The notes: generated by a model from the letters alone, not told the origin. Counted from the stretch's first letter, positions 43,851 through 57,508 are shown. The stretch is 64,000 nt of DNA from Octopus vulgaris (GCA_951406725.2 OX597822.1:80724001-80788000); one strand, 5' to 3'. Made by a program: numbers and translations.

Positions 43851-44094
43851 TATTATTATCATTATTATTATTATTATTATTACTATTATTATTTACGGCC
43901 AAGTGGCAGAAGCCGATGAGTCAGTGGAATCGCTAGTGTCACAGAAAATGCTTAGGTCGACTTCACCTTTCATCATATCGATATCAACAAAATAAGTACC
44001 AGTTGAACATTGGGGCTGATATAACCGACTACCCTTTGCCCCAAAATTTCTGGCCTTGTGTCTACAGTAGAAAGGAGTATTGATATTATTTTCG

Positions 44095-44145
<51 letters not shown>

Positions 44146-44173
44146 ATATTATTTCGGTAGAAGTAGTAGTAGC

Positions 44174-44206
<33 letters not shown>

Positions 44207-44878
44207 TGTAGTAGTAGTAGTAGTAGTTATTGTTGTTGTAGTTATTGTTTCTGAATTACTTTGCTATCGTTTAATACGTAATTACCGTGTCGCGAAAAGC
44301 GTATTATAATGGCGGATATTGATGTGATGTAGTTTTACGACCAATACAATCGTATTGACCAAAGAGTAGTGAGGAAAAGAGAGAAAACGTGCAGAGATGA
44401 AATAAAGCAAACAAATTAGTGAATAATATAAACACTACAACAATAAAATATAGAGGAAAAATGAAGAAACAAATAAATGTGAATCAATTAAGGCATGTTT
44501 TATTGATAGTTTAACTGTTTAGATATGAGGTTTGTGCAATCACGAACACGACCACCATGTTTGTTTTTTGGTTTCCTGAGGTATTAGCAGCGCCATCTAT
44601 TTCAAATCTATTTAAAAGACTCCTGTAATTGATTAAGCTATATACCTACACACATATGCGCGTGTATATGTACGTAATGTGTGACGTCTATCTCTCAATC
44701 AATCAAGTTATCTATCTATCTATTTCTCTCTCTGCCTATTTATTTAATCACCTATCTGTGTGTCTGTCTTTCTCTCTGTCTGTTTCTCTGTCCGTCAGTG
44801 CATCTATCTGTGTGTCTGCCTTTCTATCTATCCATCTACCTGTTTGCCTTTCTAACTATTTATACATCTATCTATTTA

Positions 44879-44954
<76 letters not shown>

Positions 44955-44957
44955 TAT

Positions 44958-45054
<97 letters not shown>

Positions 45055-45695
45055 CATATACTTTATTTGAATTTTTACTATCGGGTAACTGATTTCATGT
45101 TATTACATAACTGAATTCAATTTGGGTATTCATAACTTATTGGGAATTTCTAAAAACAAGATCTCGTGTAAGACAGTTCGATATTCTCTGTATTATGAGA
45201 ATTGAACCACGGGTTGAGCTCGCTTTCCCGGGAATCACCGGGTACGGCAGCTAGTACAAACCTCTGTGTGTGTGTATGTTTGTATGTGTGTGTGTTTGTG
45301 CGTGTACATGTGTGTGTATGTATGCATAACATACGAATGGAGAGATACGTGCATGCACGAACATCAATTTTATTAAATTTTATTATTGAATAAAATGCTG
45401 CAGAGATGCCTTTTGGGTTTTGTGGGAATTAATATATGAGTCATACATTAATTTGTGTGTGCGTGAGGTTAGAAATGCCAAGAACAAAAACAAAAAGGCG
45501 AATTATCCCCAAGTGTCCTATAATGCACTAAACACAAAGCACAATGAATCCAAGACATCCAGTGTGTTAAATTCTTTGATCAATTCTCAGAAACAAAATA
45601 GGACCCAGTTTCACACAGATGTAATCCGGCAGCATTCTCACAGAAATGTTTGAATGAAAACAATGGAAAATATCTCACTCTCTCTTTTTCACTCT

Positions 45696-45732
<37 letters not shown>

Positions 45733-46083
45733 GATAGCACAAATGGAGCGGGATAAAAATTCGACAGATATTATGCAAAGCAAAAGTAATTAACTTTATA
45801 AAAGCTGGTGTTTTTTTTTTCATAAGGACACAAACGGGAAGCAAAGGGGAAAAAAACGTGTACATAGCGCATAAAAATAGCAGCGGACGAGTTGGGTGAT
45901 GAAGACAGAACGTGAAAGCGAGAGGAAAATGATGATGATATCAATGTGAGACTGAGCAAAAGAGTGTAGATGGATACATGAAAAATATAAACAACATGCT
46001 AGTATACGTGCCTGTGTGCATACATATGTACCTGAATATATGTATATATATACATACATATAATGTATGCCTATATATACATA

Positions 46084-46162
<79 letters not shown>

Positions 46163-46736
46163 ATATGTGTGTATACATATACATAAATGCATATTTATAT
46201 GCGTTAATATATTTATGTTAATACACACACACACATATATATATATAGTGTATGTATTTGCAGACACATGCACATGCAGACACATACGCACACAGACATA
46301 TGCCCCTGTATGTATATGCATATATTATGTATCTCTGTGTGTTTGTGCGTCTGTATATCCGTGTGCGTAGGTGAGTGTGTCCGTCTTTTCTTCTCTCCCA
46401 GATTCTTCCATTGAATACCATTAATCGAATTTTGTTTCTCTTGCAAAATATTTTTTTTCTTCTCTTCTCTTCATTGTTCAATTTCTTGCAGGAAAAAAAA
46501 AGTTATTTTGTACAGACATGAAATATACAAACTAAAATAGAAATACCACAAAAATGAAAATTGACGATGAAATAAATATAGAGTTATCATGTTGTTAATG
46601 TTTGCCAATCCAGTGGAATCCCATTAAAGTGTTCGACAAAAGGGAAGTGAAGAGTAATTATTCCATTACTCATGGTTCACTTTAATTTTTTGTCAACGGT
46701 GATATTTTAGAGATGTTATGTTGATTTCATACTAGG

Positions 46737-46787
<51 letters not shown>

Positions 46788-46825
46788 ACTCTCTCTTTTT
46801 CACTCTCCATATATATATATATATG

Positions 46826-46932
<107 letters not shown>

Positions 46933-47022
46933 GTATGCATGTATTAATGCCTGCATGTAGATGTGTTTATGTCTGTGTGTATATATGTGTATGAGATTTT
47001 CTATTTATATATACACATGTAT

Positions 47023-47303
47023 GTGAAGGAGCGTGGCGTAGTGGTTAGGATCCTGCACACACGATCACTAGATTCTTGGTTCGATTTTAGACTGGAATGC
47101 GCGTTGCGTTTTCTAGGAAAACACTTCATTTTCCGTTGTTCCAACCTGAATAGCCGTAAGTGGTTAACCCTATGACGGCGTATCAGTTGCTATGTTGGCC
47201 TGCTCACCTAGCTAGCGAAGAGGCCTCAATCGAAAGCTAAAACAATGCTAAGTGCATTGTTACTAGCGATCTATAACAACATCCGATTGTCCGGTCAATG
47301 CAG
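47023..47303 (+). mobile_element. tRNA-derived SINE (tail type 1), diverged
   Basis: A and B boxes gtggcgtagtgg and ggttcgattt. Tail ggcctgctcacctagctagcg..gctaaaacaatgc matches 40509-40821. Confidence 0.7.
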
Positions 47304-47320
47304 TAATATATGTATTTAGT

Positions 47321-47364
<44 letters not shown>

Positions 47365-47369
<5 letters not shown>

Positions 47370-47836
47370 GTGTATGTTTATACATAAATCGCAACAGAGT
47401 CTGTTCGAACGGACAGCCATATAAAAATGACCACGAATATTACTTGTCAGTACAACTACTGCGTTGATCTCTTAGAGAGATTTTAAAGCTACCATTTTGG
47501 CTTGTTACAAAATCAGCGACTGTGTGTTCGCTTGAAGTATATATATTGCGAGCAGAAGCTTGATACAGCCATCTCTAGCAATCGAGGTGTCCACTACCGA
47601 AGAGAGGCAGACATAGCCTGAAACTAAGTGTGGTCTACTGATCCCGTCGCTAGAATATGGTAGGGGTTCGTTCCCGCTCTCTTTTGCTCTTCTGTCATTC
47701 TCTGATGCTTTCCTTCCTCCCCCCTCTCTCTCTCTCTCTTATTTGCATCGTCAACCAGCTGAAGGAGGTGTTCTCTTGGGGTTAAAATATCACCGTAGAG
47801 TCCGTATGAACGGACAGCCATGTTGAAATGGCTACA

Positions 47837-47845
<9 letters not shown>
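47365..47845 (+). mobile_element. (TA)n-embedded Penelope-like pLTR remnant with terminal partial direct repeat and an HHR-like motif
   Basis: agagtc.gt..gaacggacagccat..aaatg..ac.aatatta occurs at about 47396 and 47797. HHR-like motif ccacta-CCGAAGA-gaggc..gcct-GAAA-ctaagtg at 47589-47635. Confidence 0.55.
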
Positions 47846-47894
<49 letters not shown>

Positions 47895-48041
47895 AAATTT
47901 TAAATGCGGGTGAAAAATTGAATATTAATTTGATTAATATAAATTTAAAACCAGTGGTCTGCTATATTAAAATCTGAAGGTTCAGAACATTATATTACAT
48001 ATATATAAGTGTATAGTTCTTCAAATTGTGTTTACAATAAC

Positions 48042-48117
48042 GATCATGCTGAGGAGCTACGGACAAATTACGTAAGTAAAATAGCATAAAAAATGATAGT
48101 GAAACATGTCTATGATT
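48042..48117 (+). ncRNA. Minimal type I hammerhead ribozyme, intact core
   Basis: Helix I gatcatg/tatgatt; CTGAGGA 48049-48055; helix II gcta/tagt; GAAA 48101-48104; palindromic A-CATG-T helix III; GUC with predicted cleavage after 48110. Lies inside a TA-flanked insert at about 47890-48270. Confidence 0.8.
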
Positions 48118-48271
48118 AATCTATATTTTTGTTATTTCTCATTTGTTTTGCTCGATTACGTTCTAACATTTGCTGAATTTTCTTGAGAACATTTCTTAGT
48201 GGTAAGACCAGAGCAGATCTATTTCTAGCATAATGGTTGTCCACGTTGTGGTCATCCCCCTTATATGTATG

Positions 48272-48307
<36 letters not shown>

Positions 48308-49246
48308 GTGTGTGTGTGAGTTCGTATGTATGTGCGTGTGTGTGTGTGTGTGTAATTCATGTATAATTATTTATATGTATATGCATGCACCTATTTATGC
48401 GTGAGCACATTTTTTCCTCTCTGCGTATTTGCAATTAAATCACAGAGACTTTCTCACAACTCTTTGTCCGAGTTTAACTTCACGATTTATTATAGCGTGG
48501 ATACTTATACAATTACACACGAGACAAATATATGCACACATGTATGCATTCATACATACACAAATAATCACGATATCTTTGACTATAAAAATCTGCAATA
48601 ACTTATTAAGGTTTGAAAGTGACGGTTAAATCATGATACTTTCCTTGTAAAAATTCAACGGCCGGTCAAAATGTACTTTAAATTAAAGAGAGAACGGACA
48701 GGCAGATACACATATGTGCATGCATATAATTAGAAAGCTAATCTGTAGATTACAGTTTCAAGCCATCAATGGAACTGTAAATATTTGGGAATCTTTCTAG
48801 ACGTTTAACATTTAAATATACCTGATTATGTCTAGACATGCATTTATATGCGAGGGAATACACACAGAAAACAATACGTCCATATCTGCACAGGTACTGA
48901 TTCTAAATATTGCATACTTATCTCGCAGTACGGTAACCACATAAAGATTCCTAGTTTCTGGTGTCTGAATAAGACGCAGCAAGAAACAGATGCACAAATC
49001 CGAGTGTAAACATTCATAAATATTGAGCACCTGCAATAATGCGAATGTGGCCAAAATAGCATTTACAATCCAGCGACATTATTGGTCACATAGCGAGGAC
49101 GAAGGCGCGATGAATGTCAATTGTAAGGTCTCTCTCGCTCCCTCTCTCTCTCACTCACTCTCTCCCCCCTCTCTCTCTCTTTATGTCTATCTGTCAATTT
49201 ATCTGTCTGCCTATGTATCCGTTTATCTATCTATCTACCTATCTAC

Positions 49247-49310
<64 letters not shown>

Positions 49311-49336
49311 TTATCTATCTATCTATTTATCTATCA

Positions 49337-49378
<42 letters not shown>

Positions 49379-49487
49379 TTATCTATCTATATATCTATCT
49401 ATCCATCTATCTATCTATCTATCTATCTATCTATTTATCTATCTATCTATCTGTCTGTCTGTCTGTGTGTGTGTGTCTGTGTGTGTG

Positions 49488-49890
49488 TGGTAACATATTT
49501 GCTTCCCAACTGCACTGCTCCCGGCTCTGCCTTATATCTTGTTACCTTGGGCAAGCAACGTCTACAACGGCCTTCGGCTGGTCAAGACCTGATTGAATTG
49601 GGTAGGCGGAAACTGAAAGAAGCCCATCGTATGTATGTGTGTGTGTGCATAAGTGTTATGTATGTACGCGTGTGTAGTGTGTGAGTGTGTGTGTATATGT
49701 GTGTGTGTGTCTGTGTCTCTCTGTGTCTGTTTGTCTTGCCCCAAAGATTGACAACCGATGCTGGTGTGGTTACCTCAAATTGGCAGTCCCTCAAATAAAT
49801 TTCCGAGCTTAAAATGAAAATTTAGTCGATTTGTTCCCACGAAACTGCATGGCCACAGTCTAATTATTGAAACAAGAAAAAGATAAAAAC
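49488..49890 (+). mobile_element. SINE family A, diverged
   Basis: ccttgggcaag..ggcggaaactgaaagaagccc..catggccacagtc. Confidence 0.7.
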
Positions 49891-51027
49891 AAGATAATAA
49901 ACACGCAAGTGTGTGCGTGTGTGTGAATGTGTGTGTGTGTATGTGTGTGTGCTTATAACGATCAGTAATTATTATGTTTGTTCATAGAATGTGATAACAA
50001 TTTTAAGCAAAGATGCATCTGGTAGCAGCCATAAGGAATAAGTCGCTAACGTTACTCCTGTATACTGTACTTAATGTTGGGGGGGGGGCTATTGTTTTAT
50101 ACGGCAGAAAAAGTGGAAGGATCGAATTCGTTGTTGCGATTCTTTTTTTATCTTTCTTCGTTTTCTTCTAACACTTCTTCGTTTTCTTCTCCTCTAGTTA
50201 TTTTTCTATCTTCGTTTAATCTTAATCATTATTAGCAATACCATTGCGAATGCGCTGCAGCACAAATAATAGGCAAATTAAATGTTCCACCACTTTAAAC
50301 AATGGTAGCGGCCTACGAGACAATCACCAAGATTATGTCTGTGTATGAACTACATGTGTATGTGTGTATCTATGTGTGCGTGTGTGTGAGTATGTGTGAG
50401 TGCGCGCGTGTGTGTATGTATGAATGTGCGTATACATATATGTGTGTGTGTGTGTTTGTATATATAATGTCTGTAGGTATATGCATGTACATATACTTAT
50501 CTATCTGTCTGCCTATGTATCTATGTATCAATGTATGCATATGTATGTGCATTAATGAATATATGCAACTCTCTCTTTTGCTCTCCTGTCATTCTCTGAT
50601 CCTTCCTTCACTCTCTCTCTCTTTCTCTCATTTTATCCGTCTTCTTCTCTGCCACATGTGTTCCATTTCTATCTCTATCTTTATCTCTATCCATCCTTTC
50701 TTCTAAGAGAAGCAAATTTCTAATGGCAGCCATTATTGTTTTCTTGTTTCGGCGCTAAAATCACTATGTTTTGTAAACTGTTAATTTTAGATGCATTTGA
50801 TGTTTCATCATCTTTCTTTATATATTTTTTTTTTGCCTGTTTCTTTTCTTTTATGGAAATTTGCAATCGAATCTGTTATTTACATTGCAGATTCTCTGCA
50901 GACTTCTCCTTCCCTCCTGTTTGCGACGATCAAATGCTTTTTCCAAAATAAGACGTATCAAATTATCAAAGGAAAGACAGTTTTAGCATACTTCGATTTT
51001 CATAGTCATAATAATAGCATTATTGTA

Positions 51028-51085
<58 letters not shown>

Positions 51086-51119
51086 TTACTACTATAGCAA
51101 CAACAACAACAACAACAAC

Positions 51120-51161
<42 letters not shown>

Positions 51162-51162
<1 letters not shown>

Positions 51163-51310
51163 GTTTCAGATTTTGGCACAATGCCAGCAATTCCGGGGAA
51201 GAGGATAAGGCGATTGCATCGACCCAGCTATTCAAAACATTTTTATTTTATAGACCCCAAGTATGAAAGGGAAAGTCGACCTCGTCGGAATTTGAACTCA
51301 GAATTTGAAC
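51162..51310 (-). mobile_element. SINE family B fragment
   Basis: aaagtcgacctcgtcggaatttgaactcagaa. Confidence 0.65.
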
Positions 51311-51514
51311 TCGAAATTAATCTTAAATGTGGTTTTGATCGTTTTAACTGCTCCTTCTATCATGTAAGGTGGCCTGTTAAGGGTCACCTCTTTTTGGGTT
51401 TAAATGTACATTAATTTCATATGTAAAATATATTGTCTATTGACATTTTATACTACATACTTGACCACTAGTAGAAGAAATTCTAAAATTTTGATACCCT
51501 ATATTATTTTAAGA

Positions 51515-51553
<39 letters not shown>

Positions 51554-51727
51554 CATACATACATACATACATATATACATACATATACTTTTTACTGGAA
51601 GGCAATACTTTGTATTGCATTACTGATATTTTGAAACTTCTTCACCGTTTCTCGTACTGTTAGCGTTCCGCATTTCAGTCGAGTGTGTTAGTATTAATGT
51701 GGTAACATCGTAGATTTCGTCTTGGTA

Positions 51728-51806
51728 TATGTTTGGCTGATGAAGGTAAAACAAAATATGGGTGAGAGACATATCTTGTAAAACCTGAAACCTGCAGGTA
51801 CCACAT
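51728..51806 (+). ncRNA. Type I hammerhead ribozyme, copy 1, intact core
   Basis: atgtttgg/ccacat helix I (bulged); CTGATGA 51737-51743; helix II aggt/acct extended by acaa/ttgt and atatg/catat; GAAA 51787-51790; palindromic CCTGCAGG; GUA with predicted cleavage after 51800. Confidence 0.82.
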
Positions 51807-52159
51807 TATCCTTTTCCGGGTGTTTCATCTTTCAGATGTTCTCCCTGGAGGTAAGACGGTTTTTTTTCTCTAATTTGTTGCACACACGCATTTTTGCTAA
51901 TACATACGCGGTGAAGCTACACATTAGCGTCGTATTTTTACGTTCGCTATTTCCAGTAAATATCGGTACTTAGTTGTGCCATTTATTTACTAATTTGTGT
52001 ATTTTTCCCTCACGGGCTACTTTTTACTGGAAGGCAATACTTTGTATTGCATTACTGATATTTTGAAACTTCTTCACCGTTTCTCGTACTGTTAGCGTTC
52101 TGCATTTCAGTCGAGTGTGTTAGTATTAATGTGGTAACATCGTAGATTTCGTCTTGGTA

Positions 52160-52238
52160 TATGTTTGGCTGATGAAGGTAAAACAAAATATGGGTGAGAG
52201 ACATATCTTGTAAAACCTGAAACCTGCAGGTACCACAT
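52160..52238 (+). ncRNA. Type I hammerhead ribozyme, copy 2, identical to copy 1
   Basis: CTGATGA at 52169; predicted cleavage after 52232. Confidence 0.82.
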
Positions 52239-52434
52239 TATCCTTTTCCGGGTGTTTCATCCTTCAGATGTTCTCCCTGGAGGTAAGACGGGTTTTTTTC
52301 TCTAATTTGTTGCACACACGCATTTTTGCTAATACATACGCGGTGAAGCTACACATTAGCGTCGTATTTTTACGTTCGCTATTTCCAGTAAATATCGGTA
52401 CTTAGTTGTGCCATTTATTTACTAATTTGTATAT

Positions 52435-52577
<143 letters not shown>

Positions 52578-52614
52578 AAAAAGGAGATGTGGAACACGAG
52601 TTGTGATATATAAA

Positions 52615-52938
52615 AAAGGAAATGAAGAAAATGCTGACAAAATAATTTAAGTAAGGGAGAGTGTATTTAATTAGGTGAAAGTTCTTTACCGGTTGCGCAT
52701 TTGTTATGCTTATCAAAAGATATATTTTTAAGAGAGATAGAGTTCCTTTCTGATAGATTTTTTTCTCTTATCGATAAGAGAAAGCGATAAGAGAAAAAAT
52801 CTATCAGAAAGGAACTCTATCTCTCTTAAAAATATATCTTTTGATACGCATAACAAATGCGCAACCGGTAAAGAACTTTCACCTAATTAAATACACTCTC
52901 CCTTACTTAAATTATTTTGTCAGCATTTTCTTCATTTC

Positions 52939-52942
<4 letters not shown>
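52615..52942. repeat. Long fold-back inverted repeat, ~158-bp arms, abutting (TA)n
   Basis: 52615-52773 is the reverse complement of 52785-52942 with one mismatch and one indel. Confidence 0.95.
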
Positions 52943-53002
<60 letters not shown>

Positions 53003-53784
53003 TACGTCATGTAAATGACAACGTTGTTCTGAATCCCTTTTTGGCTTTCTAAATTAAGAAGAAATTTCACATTCTTACTCGTCTTTACGTAAAATTATCA
53101 GCGACGAAGCACCACAACAAATTCGCAGATTTCTCTTCTGAACTACATGTCTACGTCAAAATGTGAACGCATTTTTGTCTCATCTTCAAATCTATAAATT
53201 ATACGTGAGATGTTAATCAAAATGCGAAAATTAAAAACGAAAAAGCTCTTTTTAAAAATCATTTTTTATTGCAACTTTTCTTAAGATGAAAATACAGAAT
53301 TCATTGATTATGTTTTGAACGTTTTTTCACAACGCTGTTTCATCAAATATTTTAATCATCAAGTGTGTTTTGCATTAAAAAAATATACAACATAATACTT
53401 ATGAGAAGAGTAAAAAGAAAAAAATGCTATGCGCATTTTTTCTCCCTGGCATTTTGCAAATCTTAATCAGAAATTTTAGAAGTAAAATCTTTTTAATAAA
53501 ATCTGTTGCAAAGTATTTTGGAAATAATGTTTATTTATACAAAAAAAAAATTCATCAGAATTTATTTAAGCAACTGATCTCATCTCATGCCGTTAGAAGG
53601 TCATTCGTTCAATAAAGACGCCGTTACCAGCCACGTAACCTACTGGGAAACAGGAACAATAATTCCTTCTGATTAGATTCTATAGAAAATGAGATATTTC
53701 GAAATATCTGCCGCTAATGGTTGGGTAGACTTTTAAAAAAAGCAATTAAAATGGGGACAAATATAAGTACGTACATGGATCATT

Positions 53785-54175
53785 TACCTGTTTCAATCAT
53801 TAGACTGCGGCCATGCTGTGTCACTGCCTTGTAGTATTTTAAATTGGATGAATCGACGTGAAATCTTATTCGCGTTTAATCCTCGTACTTATTCTATCAG
53901 TCACTTTTGCGAAAAACTAAGTTACGGGGACGGAAACACACAAACACCGGTTGTCAAGTGGTGGTGGGGGGGACAAAGAAACACAAGGATGCACGAACAT
54001 ACACACCGCACACACTCACGCATTTACATAAGCACATGCACACACATATATGACGGGTTTCCTTCAGTTTCCGCCACTAGATCCACTCACAAGGCTTTGA
54101 CCGACCCAACGATGTAGTAGGGATTACCTGACAAATGTGCCACGCAGTGGGACTCAATCCGGCAACATGTGGTGA
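53785..54175 (-). mobile_element. SINE family A, diverged
   Basis: gactgcggccatgctg..tacttattctatc..atccactcacaaggct..ccacgcagtgggact. Confidence 0.75.
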
Positions 54176-54376
54176 AACTGCGCAAGACTTATTTCACGTT
54201 TCAAATGTGACATTGTTTTCGTTATCTACATTCCAAAGATGGAGCTTTGTATGTTTGCTAGAAACCAGCACCTTCTTCGGAGGAAGAATTTAAGGGATTA
54301 AAAACAGAAGAGACATAGTTACAAGCATAGATACATATATCTATGTATTTATGATATACATACATGTATATATACA

Positions 54377-54443
<67 letters not shown>

Positions 54444-54632
54444 ACATATATATGTATATATATATGCATATATATGTATGAATATATATATGCATATATA
54501 TATACATATATATCTGCGTATATATGTATATACATATATACATACATATATATGTGTATTTACATAAGTATGTATATACATATGTACTTACATATATCTA
54601 CATATACTCTTACATACACATATATGCATATA

Positions 54633-54689
<57 letters not shown>

Positions 54690-55397
54690 ATGTATGTATG
54701 TATATGTATAAGTATGCATGTATGAATATGTATGAATATATATTTATATATTTGTATTTGTGTATGTATGTGCGTGTATGTGCCTATGTTTCCATTGCTT
54801 CAAATTTCGTGCAGGAGGGCAATCATCTGACCACATATTTATTGAGGAATATCCACAAACAAGCTGCTGCTTACGAATAAGATATTACAATCTATGGGTA
54901 GATCTTAAACCTCCAACTGCTCTTAAAATATCCATTAATTTGGATGTTTATAAACTGAATGCAATGACTTCATTAAAATTTAACCATGAAATATTGTTGT
55001 CGTGACGCCATTACATAATTTCCAGGTTAGAATTAAAGTTATGTGTTTCATTTACAATAATATCTTTCAAAAGTACCCAATAAACAATGCATGATTTTGT
55101 TCACATTATGGCATGCTGTGATAACTCATCGTCTTTTAATAATAAAGTTGATTTATCGTGTCTCCTAATGAATAACTGCAGAGGTAAGTTTTGCTCATGT
55201 TCGCTATATTCACCAAGGTAGATTCGTATGTTCAGATATCTTCTCTTAAACCTTCCTTCATTTATACCAATATATAATTGTTTAAATAACTGTTTTACCT
55301 ATTGTTCAATTGAGTTTGATTTTATAAATGATGGCTTTCACTAAATATATCATATTGACATTATTAAGATTTTTTCGTACATCCCAAATCAGTTTAA

Positions 55398-55860
55398 GAG
55401 GTATTATTCACCGAAGCCAGGAGTCGCTAGAGGGGGTCGTATGGACCACATAGGGGTCGGTGACGAATTACAGGGTGTCGACAATAGCTAAGGGGTCGAA
55501 TAGAATTCGGCGTGAAAAATACCAGCTCGCCCAAATGAACTGCTAGAAGTACTTAGTCAACGCCATGCTCATATCCTCACATTGATGTTGTCAGTTTCAA
55601 TAAGAGATATTCCAGCAATATGATGCATTTTCACATTTTCTAACCGTGAAAACAATTTCATAAAAATTGAAAGTTTAAAGCTGTATACTCGTACACGTAG
55701 TTTTAAATGTAAAAAGTATGTCATCTTCAATAGAGTTTCTTAATTTGTCATACAGGTATATTTTAACTAACATGCGGAAGTAGAAGTTGCTGAGGGGAGT
55801 CGATGCGGAAGGAGAAGTGGCTAAACAGGGTCGATGGTCGAAAAAGTTTGGCGATCCCTG
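55398..55860. mobile_element. hAT (Charlie-like) MITE remnant
   Basis: Right TIR reverse complement is CAGGGATCGCCAAACTTTT, with many subterminal GGGGTCG motifs. The left TIR is degenerate. Confidence 0.55.
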
Positions 55861-56084
55861 ACCTAAGCTCATGGAACCTTATTTTTTGTTCAATTGTCAA
55901 CCTTTCTCTGTGCATGTGTATCTGACTTTTACATTATTTCTATTAAACAATTTACAGTTAAGGTAACCCGTCATATATGTGTGTGCATGTGTTTATGTAA
56001 ATGCGTGAGTGTGTGCGGTGTGTATGTTCGTGCATCCTTGTGTTTCTTTGTCCCCCTCACCACCACATAACCGCTTACATTGAG

Positions 56085-56410
56085 CCACTTAATCCCCCAG
56101 ATCTCAATCCATTGGACTATTACATGTGGAGTATTGTTGAGACAGAGAGGTCAATGAACATGCCCATAACAACAAAGATTCTTTAAAAGCTACCATATTC
56201 AGAGTAATGTCCAAAATGAACCAGGACCACCCACTTGATTCGAGCATATAGATGTTTTAGATCTCATATAGAAGCAATTGTTGAAGTTGACGGTGGCTTT
56301 ATTGAATAACATTATCCTCATAGCATTTTTGATAAAGAAACTTATCTGTAATTACATGTCTGTTTTTTAAAAACATAAATCTGTCCTCAAATATTTATGC
56401 ACTCAGTGTA
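56085..56410 (+). mobile_element. Tc1/mariner transposase 3' remnant with terminal ..CACTCAGTG-TA
   Basis: PPDLNPLDYYMWSIVE matches the SPDLNPLD motif. Confidence 0.65.
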
Positions 56411-56793
56411 TATCTCTGTCATTGAGTCTGTGATTGTACTTCATCACTGCTTGTCAACTATTGATGGTGTGTTTACACCTCGGTAATCTAGCAGTCGGCA
56501 ATCTAGTGCGTATATAGACATATGTATGAACTTTTACGGTACGCGTGTGTCTGTGTATGAGTTTGTATATATATGCGTATATATTTGGCGAAAAATGCAA
56601 GTGAAGATGCGTACGTTTTCATAGTGACGTATAAGTATGCACGTGGGTCAGCGAGCGGACATGTGAGCGTATGACTAGCCATGTTTACGTGTTTACTATG
56701 AACTTTTAATCTTATTTTATATAAGTAGCATAATTATGACACAGTAATTTCCCTTTATATAACGGTATTTTTTCATAGCGTTTTTCAGATGGC

Positions 56794-56858
56794 CAGATAA
56801 CCGAAGAGATGGTGTTGTGGATTTCCACTTCGGCATCTGAAACTCAGAGTTTTATCTT
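56794..56858 (+). ncRNA. Variant HHR motif (CCGAAGA core)
   Basis: Helix I agataa/ttatct; CCGAAGA; helix II gatg/catc plus gtgga/tccac; GAAA; CTC-A-GAG; GUU triplet. Confidence 0.55.
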
Positions 56859-56960
56859 GACTATTCTATTGAGTAATTGTAACATTATTTTATAGATAAA
56901 TTTCTTCTATTTACATAATATTGAGGTCTCTTTATTTCTTTTGTTATCTTACCGTTTTTA

Positions 56961-57001
<41 letters not shown>

Positions 57002-57055
57002 GTGTAAACATATATATATATATATATATACATATATACATATATACATATATAC

Positions 57056-57143
<88 letters not shown>

Positions 57144-57285
57144 GATAAGAATTATTTTAATAGTATTGACTATAATTCCCAATGCATCTTCGGACTATAT
57201 TCTTATATGAATATATTTGATTAAATTATGATACTGCCTTCATCGCATGAGCACAATTTTATCATAAAACGAACGCACACGCATA

Positions 57286-57321
<36 letters not shown>

Positions 57322-57413
57322 CATATATATATATATAAATCTATAATATATATCATATTTATATAAATATATATTGTATATATGCATATACATATACCTG
57401 TATTTGTACAGGA

Positions 57414-57508
<95 letters not shown>

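Larger units (their letters stand above)
51586..52430 (+). repeat. 432-bp tandem repeat (~1.95 copies), TA-flanked; retrozyme-like or Penelope pLTR
   Basis: 51586-52017 is repeated at 52018-52430 with 3 substitutions seen. Non-coding, with one HHR per unit. Confidence 0.92.

Noticed and set aside
46450-46740. Plus-strand exon (ttcttgcag acceptor, ag|gtaat donor)
   Set aside because: AT-rich with no coherent reading frame; such signals are expected by chance here.
51820-51842. Minus-strand second HHR in the 432-bp unit (CTGAAAGATGAAAC)
   Set aside because: No room for helix II and no helix III or cleavage triplet.
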